In this document: in pieces, positions 20,840 to 29,733 of the stretch | How positions within the stretch are numbered: the first letter of the stretch is position 1 | Layout of the letters: each line of letters begins with the position of its first letter | Sequence record: NC_048047.1 | Strand: one strand, 5' to 3' | DNA length: 64,000 nucleotides | Program-made: the position numbers and the translations under genes | The notes under the pieces: model-generated | What the model was told of the DNA's origin: nothing | What the model saw: the letters and a program-made list of their open reading frames with translations, nothing else | Database searches by the model: none

Positions 20840-22589
20840 ATGGCCAAGCAAGAACAACTTGAAATCGCCCTGGTCCTGCTGGACGAGCACAAGGCCAAGA
20901 TCGGCGCCCCTCGCGCCTTCACCTACGGCGAAGTCATCGAGGCGTACCGCGACGCGGGCGCCCTGATCAGCGCCGAGGTCCGCTTGCAGCGGATCGCCGA
21001 AAACGAGTGCAACGGCTACCGCGACGAGACGGCCGAAAAGCTCGATGAGCGCCGCCGTCAGACCCTCGAAGCCAAGGCCGGCGAAATCGCCAAGCGCTAC
21101 GGCGTGGCCCTGACGTTCGGCGGCGACCCGCGCGGATCGGCCCTCAAGATCAAGACCCCGCACACGGGCCGTTACAACGGCTTTGGCGGGCGTGAGGATG
21201 GATGGGCCGTCTAGGCCCATTCTGACCCCTTCCACCCCTGTAGCGCGTCCCCTCTCAACCCCTGGCCCTAGGAGACACCCCATGGCCCGCACGACCATCC
21301 ACACCCGCACCGACAAGGCCAATCGCGAGGCGCTGACCCCGTGGGAATATGAGCGCCAGCACCGCGCCGACAAGAAAGCCGCCAAGTCCTGGCGCACCGA
21401 TCGCCAAGGCCGCCGCGCCCTGGCCTCTTCGGACGCCTTCAAGGCCCACTAAATCGGCCTCGAAAAAAGTTCGGCTCGATGCGAGAAACCTGTTGACTCG
21501 CATCGAGCCCCTATGCCATAAAGGGTCATCAAACGGAGACACCGACATGACCCACTTCCAACGCGCCACCGAAGACCAAGTCACCGTCGCCCACCACACC
21601 GTTTCGGGCGGTGAACTGACCGTCACCACCCGCCCCCTGGCCCGCCCGGTCTACCGCCTGAACGGCTTCAAGATCAGCGCCGCCGACGCCGCCCGCAAGC
21701 TGGCCGCCTAAGACCCCTCCCCTAGAAGGCCCCCTCCCTGGAGCGGGGCCTTTTTCGTGGCCGTTAGGCAGGCGTTAGGGTTAACCGGTAGGGTGAATTC
21801 GTTAACCTTAATGGGGCGTTAAGGTTAACCCAGCCAGCCCAGGCTGTTAACCATGTAGGCGAAGAAAGTGCGATCTCGTGTAAGAAAGCTGTTGACTGCA
21901 TAAGAGCCATATGCGACAAAGGGTCATCAGCAACGGAGCTACCCGATGTCCTTCCGCCTTTCCCTCACTGACGAAGCCCGTTTCACCGCCGCGCGCGGCG
22001 CCGTTCGCACCGTCCGGGAACAGGCCCGCCCTGAGCCGGCCAAGGACGGTTCGGGCAAGTACGTCCTGGCCTCGCAAGACGCCCTGTCGCGCATCCGCGC
22101 CGTGCTGGGCAACTAAGCCATGAAGGTCACGGCGCACTATGGCAACGGGCTCTCGCGGGTCATCCCCTGCGAGACGCGAGAGGCCGCCCTGGACGCGATC
22201 AAGGCCGCGTTGCGCTATGATCGCTCGGCGACCTTCACGGTTGACAAGCGGATCACCCAAGGCGCGCCGACCCGCGCGGCCTCCGAACGGGTTTGGCTGC
22301 TGTAGAAGAAAAAAGCGAGTCGACGCAAAAAAGCTGTTGACTCGCATAAGGCCCATATGCGATAAAAGGTCCTCAGCAACGGAGACACCCGATGACCTTC
22401 CACCACAACATGATGAGCAAGCTGGACGCGGCCCAACAGTCGGGCGAACTGTCCTATGCCCAGCACGCCGACATGCGCGCCACCCTGCGCGCGGCGAACA
22501 TGCGCGGTGAAGTGTTCACGTCGATGAACGAACTGCGCAAGGCCTGCAAGGGCGCTGGCCGCGACTATCAAGGCCGCTTCGCCAACTAA
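20840..22589 (+). other. Last run of small early genes
   Basis: CDSs at 20840-21214 (GDPRG motif), 21282-21452, 21547-21711, 21946-22116 (56 aa, hand-translated), 22120-22305 and 22392-22589. Confidence 0.75.
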
Positions 22590-22699
22590 GGCGGCCCAAG
22601 ACCTCCCAAGCCCTAAGACCCTAGGCCCGCCCTTCGAGGCGGGCCTTTTGCTGTCTGCCGTCCGGGGAGGCTCCAAGGCCGGGGGCGGCCGGGGACGGT

Positions 22700-23190
22700 A
22701 AATAAGAAGGTTCCAAGAAAGTATGGCCCTACCGGAAGGGGTCCAGGGACCCAAGGCCGGGGTCTGTTGCATTTCTGCCACAGGCCCCTCAGGCGCCTAG
22801 GAATCACATTGAATTTTTCATATACCAAGGGTCGTCCAAAATCAAAGACCCGTTTTCCGCCCAGGCAAACCCGTTTCACAGGGCTAAGTGTCTGAAAAAT
22901 TTTATAAAAAATTCCGGCGCAGGGAAAGGGGTCCCCTATTTTCCGGTGGGGAATTTTTCTCAGAAACGACCTATGTCTGAAAAATTTTTATAAAAAACTA
23001 TAAGTTGCATTTCACCTATAGGTTGTAAATCCGGTCATCCCTGGCCGGATTGCCGGCCAAATCCGGCCATCAATCGGACATGGGGCGATGTCCAGCAATT
23101 TACACCGCCTCAATCATTTCAAGGGCTTAGACTAAAAGCTGGACATTTGCCGGACATCAACCGGCCAAATCCGGCCAAACGGAACCCGAA
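22700..23190. repeat. AT-rich non-coding boundary with local repeats
   Basis: GTCTGAAAAATTTT(T)ATAAAAA at 22890 and 22975; CCGGCCAAATCCGGCCA twice (about 23053 and 23161); GGGACCC at 22746 and on the minus strand at 22929-22935. Confidence 0.8.
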
Positions 23191-23197
23191 CCGGCCA

Positions 23198-25789
23198 CTA
23201 CCTACGGTCGACATTGTAGCACCCGACGCAGCGCGCATCGACATGCTCATGCACCTCGTAGGCCGGATCGCTGAGGTCCAGCATCGCGCTGGCCTCGGTG
23301 AAGTCGGCGCAGATCGTCATCACCTCGCCGGCGTCGCCCTCGTGATCGATGACAATGGTGCAGTCGATCGCGTCCCAGCGCTCAGGCTCGGTGAGCAGAT
23401 AGACCTCGATCTCGGCGGGGGCGATCATCGTGCCCGACAGCAGCGTCTCCAGCAGATTGTAGACCTGATAGCCCTGCACCGGTCCGGTGACCTCGCTGGC
23501 GCGGGGATTGTCCAGATCGGGACTGACGACCACATACCAGTTGAGCGGGATGTAGTGTTCCCGGCGCGGGTCGTGATCGATGGTGATCGACTCGCCGGCG
23601 CGCAGCGATCCCAGGCGCAAGGCGTCATGGACACGCGCCTTCAGGTCGGGCGCGGCGCTGGCCGGATCGCAATAGGCCTCGAAGAGTTCGGCGCACAGCG
23701 CGCGGTAGTCGATCATGACATCACCGGGGCCTTGAGGTCTTCGCAGGCGTCGTCCAGCGGCGGGGCGGCGCGGTAGTTCATCGGATGGGCGCCGGCTTCC
23801 CACTGCGCCAGCAGTAGGCGATTGTAGCGCGCGGCCGAGTGCAGGTAGAGAACAGACATCTGCGTGGCCAGATAGGTGCCCGGCTGCTGGGCGCGCACCT
23901 TGCAGGCAGCCTCGGCGGCGGCGCGCCATTCGATCTGGGCCTGGGCCAGCGGGGACGGCGCCGGCGGCTTGATCGTCTGGAGCGCTGACCAGACCATGCA
24001 GGCCAGACAGAAGCCGGCGATCGCCGTCTGACAGACGACGAGCACCCAGTTGATGGTGCGTTTCATGCTGCGACCTCCGCCGCGTCAGCCGCTGCCAGCG
24101 CCTCGCGCAGCAGTCTGTCGGCGAGCCGCTGCCGGTCGGCGACCTGGGCCTTGCAGGCCGCGAGGGCGACCCTGGCTTTTGCCGCTTCCAGGTTGTTGCC
24201 CTTGCGCCGCGCGGTCTCGGCGCGATCCTTCCAGGCCGTTGCCGTGGCGCGCGCCCTGGCCGCCGCCATCCGAAGCTCGGCGATCTGGATGCGCACGTTC
24301 AGGGGCAGGTCCCGGAAGTCTGTCACAGCGTCACGTCTTCGGCGCTCAGGGCCACATACCAGCCCTGGAGCATCTCCACGACGATCTCGCCATCGCAGCC
24401 GTCGATCGCATTGCCGATCCCGCCGCGATCGAGCAGGTCGCGGATGATGAAGACCACATGCTTGGCGGCCGGGTCATCGGTCCAGGTGGCCAGTTCCTGA
24501 ATGACCGCGTAGGGGTCGGTGCTCTGGAAGATGGGATGGAGCGCGGTCATGAAATGCCTCTCGTCGGAACGTGGGTGGCCACCAGTTTGTACCAGCCGAC
24601 GACCAGGGAGATGATGTCCTCATCCTCCATGTTCGTCAGGATTGCGTTCAGGCCGGGCCGCTCGTGCATGTCATCCCAGATGCCCAGCACCACATAGGCG
24701 GCGTCATCGCCAGCCTCGGCCGCGTCTTCCAGCGCGCCCATGATCTCGTCGACCTCGCGCACGCCGTGGAGGCGGTCCAGCAGCGTGCGGGCCTGGGCTT
24801 CGGTCGTCATCGGTTCTTCATCCAGTCCAGCAGCGGCGGCAGGAAACCGTCGTAGAAAGCAAAGGCCAGCATGACCAGGAACACCAGCCACAGCCCCAGG
24901 CCGATGACGGTCTTCAACAGCCAGTGCTCCTCTTCCTGCTGGACCTCCCAGCCGGTGCCGTCGCACTCGCCCATCTGGCAGAGGATGCAATCCTCGTGAT
25001 GGTGGTAGAGGACCTTGTCAGTCGTCGTCATCGAACTCGTCCGGGTGCTCCTCGGCATAGACGCAGTCGGGGCAGGTCAGCACCGCGTCGACCGACACGC
25101 GCCAACCATTGGCCTCCAACTCCGTCTTGGCCTCTTCCAACGACAGCGTCAGAGGTCCCGCCGTGCGGAAGGCTTCGACAGGTTCGCTCTCCTCCCGACA
25201 CTTGTCACATGACACGTCTACTGTCGCGCGGTCAAATCCCATGTCATGGCTCCTATCAAATTTCAGCAAGTGGGTCGAGCGGTTCCATCGACAGCCGGCC
25301 ATCCTTCGTGGCGCCGCCGGCCGCCAGGGCCTCGATCCGGTCGAGCAGCAGGCAGGCGTCGCGCTCGCAGCCCACATAGTAGGGCTCCATCATCCCGATC
25401 AGCGACTGGATTTCTTCAGCGATCTCGTCGAGGAACCCGCCGGTCACCACGACCTTGCGGGTGACGCGATCGCGCGCCTCCTTCTCCTCGGCCAGCTTGG
25501 TGGCGTTCTTGGCCGCCTCGACCTCGTTGCACACCCACTTGATCGTGTTGTTGAAGGCCTTGGCCTGTTCGGGGTGCAGGTGACCGACGTGATCGCGCAC
25601 GGGGGCGAACAGGCGATGGTAGTGATAGCCGTGGGACTTCCACGTCTTCAGACAGAATGGGCAATGCAGCGGCCCGCCCTGGGCCATCAGGGTCAGCGCC
25701 GCGAGGACCGCGCGGTCGGCGTGCGCCGCGCCCTCCAGCATCTGGCTGGCATAGGTGCGGTAGGGCTGGGAGGTGTCTTCGAACATCAA
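23198..25789 (-). other. Minus-strand small hypothetical genes
   Basis: Overlapping or abutting CDSs at 23198-23716, 23713-24066, 24063-24326, 24323-24550, 24547-24810, 24807-25031, 25018-25242 and 25256-25789. Confidence 0.7.
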
Positions 25790-26571
25790 AACCCCGCGTC
25801 GACCGGCGGCGCCTGGAAGATGCGGCAGCGATTGAACGCCACCTCGGCAAGGACCCGCAGCGCCCCGTCGCGGTCGCCGCTTTCATAGGTCGGCTTGGCG
25901 TAGTCGTTGACGCCGATCACCATGTTGTTGCGCGTCACGGTGTCGTTGGCCAGGACCAGTTGCGTGTCGGCGTCGCGCAGGCTCTTGAAACCAGTGGCGC
26001 GCTGCTCCTCGGAACTGGCGCCCGTGGTCGTCTTGAAGCCCACCACGAAGACGTCGGGCCGCGTCTTACGGATCGCGCCGATCAGCTTGTCGGCCGGCGT
26101 CAGTCGCATCAACTGTTGACCAGCATCGGTCTTCAGCCGCGTCTCGTGCGGACCCGAAGTCGTCGACAGTTGGATGCCCTCGCCCCTGGAGGTATCCAGG
26201 ATCGAGCCCTCGTAATCGCACAGCGCCGCGCTCATCACGATCATCTTGGTCTCGGGATCGGCCAGCAGCTTGTCGAGCAGCGCCTTGATGTCGCTGTTGT
26301 AGACGAGCTTGCTGTAGGGATCGGCCATCTTGGTCAGATGCAGCTTGACCCGCTGGCGCGTGTAGAGCCCGTAGTGGCGATCCTCCATCGGGTGATCGTA
26401 ATAGGCCTCATAGGTCACCTTGTTGCGACGCATGTGCCATTCCATCTCACCACTGAACTGGATGTGCAGCTTCTTGGCCGCGCCGCCGAACGCCTGGGCC
26501 GCCAGCGACAGGTGATTGCGCACCGGCGCGAAGGTGCCCCCGCCCAGGATGTGAATCTTGCCGTCCATCAC
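25786..26571 (-). CDS. Stand-alone CoaB/phosphopantothenate-cysteine ligase-like protein
   Basis: Motifs ILGGGTFAPVRNH, MSAALCDY, VVGFKTTT and LVLAND follow the CoaB/Dfp C-terminal pattern. Confidence 0.72.
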   Translation of the reverse strand: MMDGKIHILGGGTFAPVRNHLSLAAQAFGGAAKKLHIQFSGEMEWHMRRNKVTYEAYYDHPMEDRHYGLYTRQRVKLHLTKMADPYSKLVYNSDIKALLDKLLADPETKMIVMSAALCDYEGSILDTSRGEGIQLSTTSGPHETRLKTDAGQQLMRLTPADKLIGAIRKTRPDVFVVGFKTTTGASSEEQRATGFKSLRDADTQLVLANDTVTRNNMVIGVNDYAKPTYESGDRDGALRVLAEVAFNRCRIFQAPPVDAGF

Positions 26572-28001
26572 GCGTCCTCTTTACCAGCGTCGTGGGCGGC
26601 GATGAACTCCGTCACGCTGTCCTCGATCGATTGCTCACGGTGCATGATCTCGGCGGCGCCTTGACCTTGCAGGCGCGCGCGCACCGCCAGAAGGATATCG
26701 CCGACGATGACGCCGTGCGACGCGGGCAGCGGCACGAACGCGTACATCTCCAGCATCCCCTCGATATGCTGGATGCGGGCCGCCACGCTCAGCATGCTGA
26801 CGTCCTGGATCGCCTCGGCCGCCTCGTCGACCACGTCGCGCAGCAGGTAGTAGATCGACGCCTCCGCGTCATCGACATAGTCGACGTCGATCATCTTGAA
26901 CACGAGATCACGCAGCGGCGTGAAAGGGTCCTGGCGGCTCATGGTTCAGTCGTCCTCAAGATGCGGCGCCATACTGGCGTTCCACCATGCGCCGGCGGGC
27001 AGCGTCTGGCCTGGATGCAGCCAGTGCGTGAATGGCGCGAACGGGTAGCCCTTCTCCAGGACGCCATGAATCCAGGCGCCCATCACCGGGATGCGCTCCT
27101 TGTTGGCCGCCAGCCAGCAGAGCGCGTTGTGCTCATGCCGATAAGGCTTGCGCGCGTCGGTCCAACCCGCGCCGTTCCCCTTCGGAAACAGGCTGAAGGT
27201 CAGCATCTCGCCCAGGATGTAGCCCAGATGGGCGATCTCGTCCTCTGGTGCAGCACTCATGAGCGGACCACCCTGATGTTGCGTTTCATGTCCGTGTAAA
27301 GCTGGAGGAGGAGCAGTTTCCTCGTGGCGCGGTTTTCGGGCAGCGGCAGCAGATCAAGCTGCTTCAACGTCTTCCAGGCGCTCAAGGCCGCGACGGCGGC
27401 AGGATCGCTCGGCGCGTCTTCCAGCACCTGGACCAAATCACCCGACGAGCCTTGATCGGCTTGATAGAGCGCCACCAGTTCGTCGTAGGTGTTATACGCA
27501 TAGCTCATAGGCGAGGCGCTCCGTGGAAGCTGTCCTTCATGTCCACATAGAGGTAGAGGATCAGCTTCGTCTGCAAGCTGGGCACAAGCGGCGCAAGGCC
27601 AAGCTCGCTCAGGGTCTTCCAGACGCGCAGCGTCGCGCCAGCACGGGGATTGTGCCGATCGGCCCGCAGGACCTTCAGCATGTCCTCGGCCGTGCCGTCG
27701 TCTGCGTGGAAGATCGCCAGCAGTTCCTCGTGGGCGTTGAAGTCGTAGCTCATTCGTACATGCCCTTCAGGTCCGCGCTGATGCGCTCATAGAGTTCCAT
27801 GATAATGCGCACCCGCGTTTCCCACTCGGCGGGCAACGCCTCGTAGCTTTCCAGGACCCGATAGGCGCGCACCGTCGCGATCGCTGCCGGATTACCGTCG
27901 GCCCGCTCCAACTCAAACAGCATGTCAGCGGGCGCCAACTCCTGGCGCTTGTCCATCCGCTTCATGGCGCCGATCAGTCTGTGCAGGGTGGGGCCTATCA
28001 T
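26568..28001 (-). other. Minus-strand small hypothetical genes, including a helical paralog trio
   Basis: CDSs at 26568-26942, 26946-27260, 27257-27508, 27505-27753 and 27750-28001. Confidence 0.7.
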
Positions 28002-28723
28002 GCTTCCGGTTTCCTCAGGGTCTCGGCCATGCGCACCAGCGCCTGGGCGGTGTAATAGGCGTCGTTGCCGCCGCAGTGCAGGCCGTTCAATTCGATGCCC
28101 ACCTTGCGGCAGAGATTGCCTAGGGTCATCCACATTCCGCCGGCCGCGCCATAATAGAGGCTGGACAGGAACGCCGTGTCGGCCGTCGCCCTGGGCGTCA
28201 GCTTGATGCCCGCGCCGCTCAGCATCCGAACGTCGCCGCCCAGGCTGTGGCCGACCACGATGTCAGCCTGGGCGACGGCCGTCTCGACCTCTTCCTTGAG
28301 CAGGTCATCGCCAAGGACTTCGGTCTGACCGTATTTGAACCGGTCCTTGCGATGGCGCATGAGCACCGGCCGCAGGTTGCGGGTCTGGTAGCCGCCGCGC
28401 CCAAAGGTGCTCAGGCCCACCTCGGTCAGGTTCTTGCGCTCGTCGAACTCGGTGTCGATCGCCAGGATCGTGCCGCCGGCCGCGATGACCTTGCGCACCT
28501 GCTCCAGCTTGTCCCACAAGGCGTCGGGGCCGAGCCGGCTTTCGATCTCCTCGCGCTGGCGTGCGCGCAACTTGCCCTTCACCGCCTGGATGCGAACCAG
28601 CCGTTCATCCCAGCCTTCGACATGCACCACCCGCCCATCGTTGGTGTATTTGCGCGCGTAATGCGCGTCGAGCATCTTGTTGACGAGCCTGACCCGCTTG
28701 CCCATGTAGCGCCGCGTGCCCAT
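27998..28723 (-). CDS. DEDDh (DnaQ-like) 3'-5' exonuclease, Gfd2/YDR514C-like
   Basis: ExoI LAIDTEF, ExoII VVGHSLGGDV and ExoIII HCGGNDAYYT motifs. Confidence 0.75.
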   Translation of the reverse strand: MGTRRYMGKRVRLVNKMLDAHYARKYTNDGRVVHVEGWDERLVRIQAVKGKLRARQREEIESRLGPDALWDKLEQVRKVIAAGGTILAIDTEFDERKNLTEVGLSTFGRGGYQTRNLRPVLMRHRKDRFKYGQTEVLGDDLLKEEVETAVAQADIVVGHSLGGDVRMLSGAGIKLTPRATADTAFLSSLYYGAAGGMWMTLGNLCRKVGIELNGLHCGGNDAYYTAQALVRMAETLRKPEA

Positions 28724-29010
28724 CAGTGCCGCCCAAAGTCGATGTCGCGGGCGATCGTACTGAACACGGCATAGATCAGCCCCACGCGCTTTTCGGCGTC
28801 CGCTGGCAGCGCGTCCTCCGCCTCCAGCGTCTCGTAGACCGAGTGGGCGGTCTTGGCCGGCGGGTAGTGGTCATAGCGCCGCAGGACCGCGAGCGCCTCG
28901 ACGACAGGGTCCGCCATCGTCGCCGCAGCGAGCCATAGGCCCGTCAGGGCCGCCTTGATGCGTTCCTGGTCCTCGCGCCCACCCTCTATGACGAAGCTGC
29001 CGTGCATCAT
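28723..29010 (-). CDS. Hypothetical protein
   Basis: Tiles with its neighbours; its C-terminal half resembles the 27.2-28.0 kb paralogs. Confidence 0.65.
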   Translation of the reverse strand: MMHGSFVIEGGREDQERIKAALTGLWLAAATMADPVVEALAVLRRYDHYPPAKTAHSVYETLEAEDALPADAEKRVGLIYAVFSTIARDIDFGRH

Positions 29011-29013
29011 GTC

Positions 29014-29733
29014 CTACTTCGACACGCTCAGCGCCGGCGCCTCGGGCGTAGCCGCCTCGGCCGACTGCGGCGGGAACACCGACAGGTCGACATAGGTCCA
29101 GGACTTGATCCACCAGCACCAGACAAGGCGCCCGTGCGGCTTGGGATGAAGTTCGTTGGGCGGCACTTCACCCTTGATGCCGTACAGCTTCTTCAACTCA
29201 TGGCGCAGGACACGCGCCAAATCCTCAGGCGGCGAGGCGTCGACCGACCACGGCACTGCGACCAGATCGATGTCTCGCTTACGGCTGCCATGGAGCGTCA
29301 AGGCATACCCGTGATTGCGCGCCTCGCGACGCAGCGGGCGGATCAACCGCCGGGCCAGGGCCTTGACCTTCTTGGGATCGGCCGCGTCCGTCGAGAGACC
29401 GCCGTTATGCATCTTCAGCGGTTCTACCGAATGGTCGTACTTGCTGTGGAGATGCTTAGCCCGTTCGTAGAAATCGGCGAACTCGGACGCTGCGACGACC
29501 TTGTTCAGTCGCGCCACCGCGCTCAGCAGAGCCTTGCCTTCGTCGACCAGTTTGCAGTCGGGCCGCGACAGGCGAGGCTTGGCGATCCCAGCCCCGCGAA
29601 TAATCGCCTCGATGGTTGAGACATTGAAAGGGGCCTTTCGCCCCTTGGCCGGCAAACCGTCATTGTTGGCCAGGAACGCGGCAGCGTCGACCAGATCATC
29701 AGTCCAGATGGGTTTATTAGGGTCAAGCTGCAT
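29014..29733 (-). CDS. Putative minimal nucleotidyltransferase-fold protein
   Basis: GYALTLHGSRKRDIDLVAVPW fits the hG[GS]x-DxD signature. Confidence 0.5.
   Translation of the reverse strand: MQLDPNKPIWTDDLVDAAAFLANNDGLPAKGRKAPFNVSTIEAIIRGAGIAKPRLSRPDCKLVDEGKALLSAVARLNKVVAASEFADFYERAKHLHSKYDHSVEPLKMHNGGLSTDAADPKKVKALARRLIRPLRREARNHGYALTLHGSRKRDIDLVAVPWSVDASPPEDLARVLRHELKKLYGIKGEVPPNELHPKPHGRLVWCWWIKSWTYVDLSVFPPQSAEAATPEAPALSVSK

Larger units (their letters stand above)
4994..21829. repeat. Dispersed palindromes GTTAACCTTAA-N7-TTAAGGTTAAC whose core matches the CtrA box TTAA-N7-TTAA
   Basis: Full sites at 4994-5026, 6483-6510, 7149-7183, 8826-8856, 13551-13583, 15522-15565 (double), 16875-16903 and 21801-21829. 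Half-sites near 3540, 4340, 10929, 15078, 17854, 19285, 19890 and 20729. Confidence 0.9.
2863..22366 (+). promoter_or_regulatory. Family of 24 putative host sigma70 (sigma73-type) early promoters, consensus GCAAGAAANCTG-TTGAC(A/T)-N15/16-GCGAGAAA
   Basis: TTGAC starts at 2863, 3576, 4375, 5069, 6153, 6536, 7224, 8356, 8888, 10387, 10984, 13176, 13649, 15103, 15913, 17071, 17907, 18815, 19365, 19965, 20784, 21493, 21892 and 22337. Each lies just upstream of an SD (often GGAGACACCCC) and an ATG. Resembles the Caulobacter housekeeping consensus TTGACGS / GCTANAWC. Confidence 0.88.

Noticed and set aside
2882-21546. ORF-track starts such as MRE.../MTRI.../MLTA... upstream of early genes
   Set aside because: These starts come from ATG or TTG inside the promoter motif itself; the real starts follow the GGAG SD downstream.
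2863-22366. CRISPR array interpretation of the recurring repeats
   Set aside because: The repeats are separated by 0.4-2.5 kb of coding genes rather than 30-40 nt spacers, they have promoter anatomy, and no cas genes are present.
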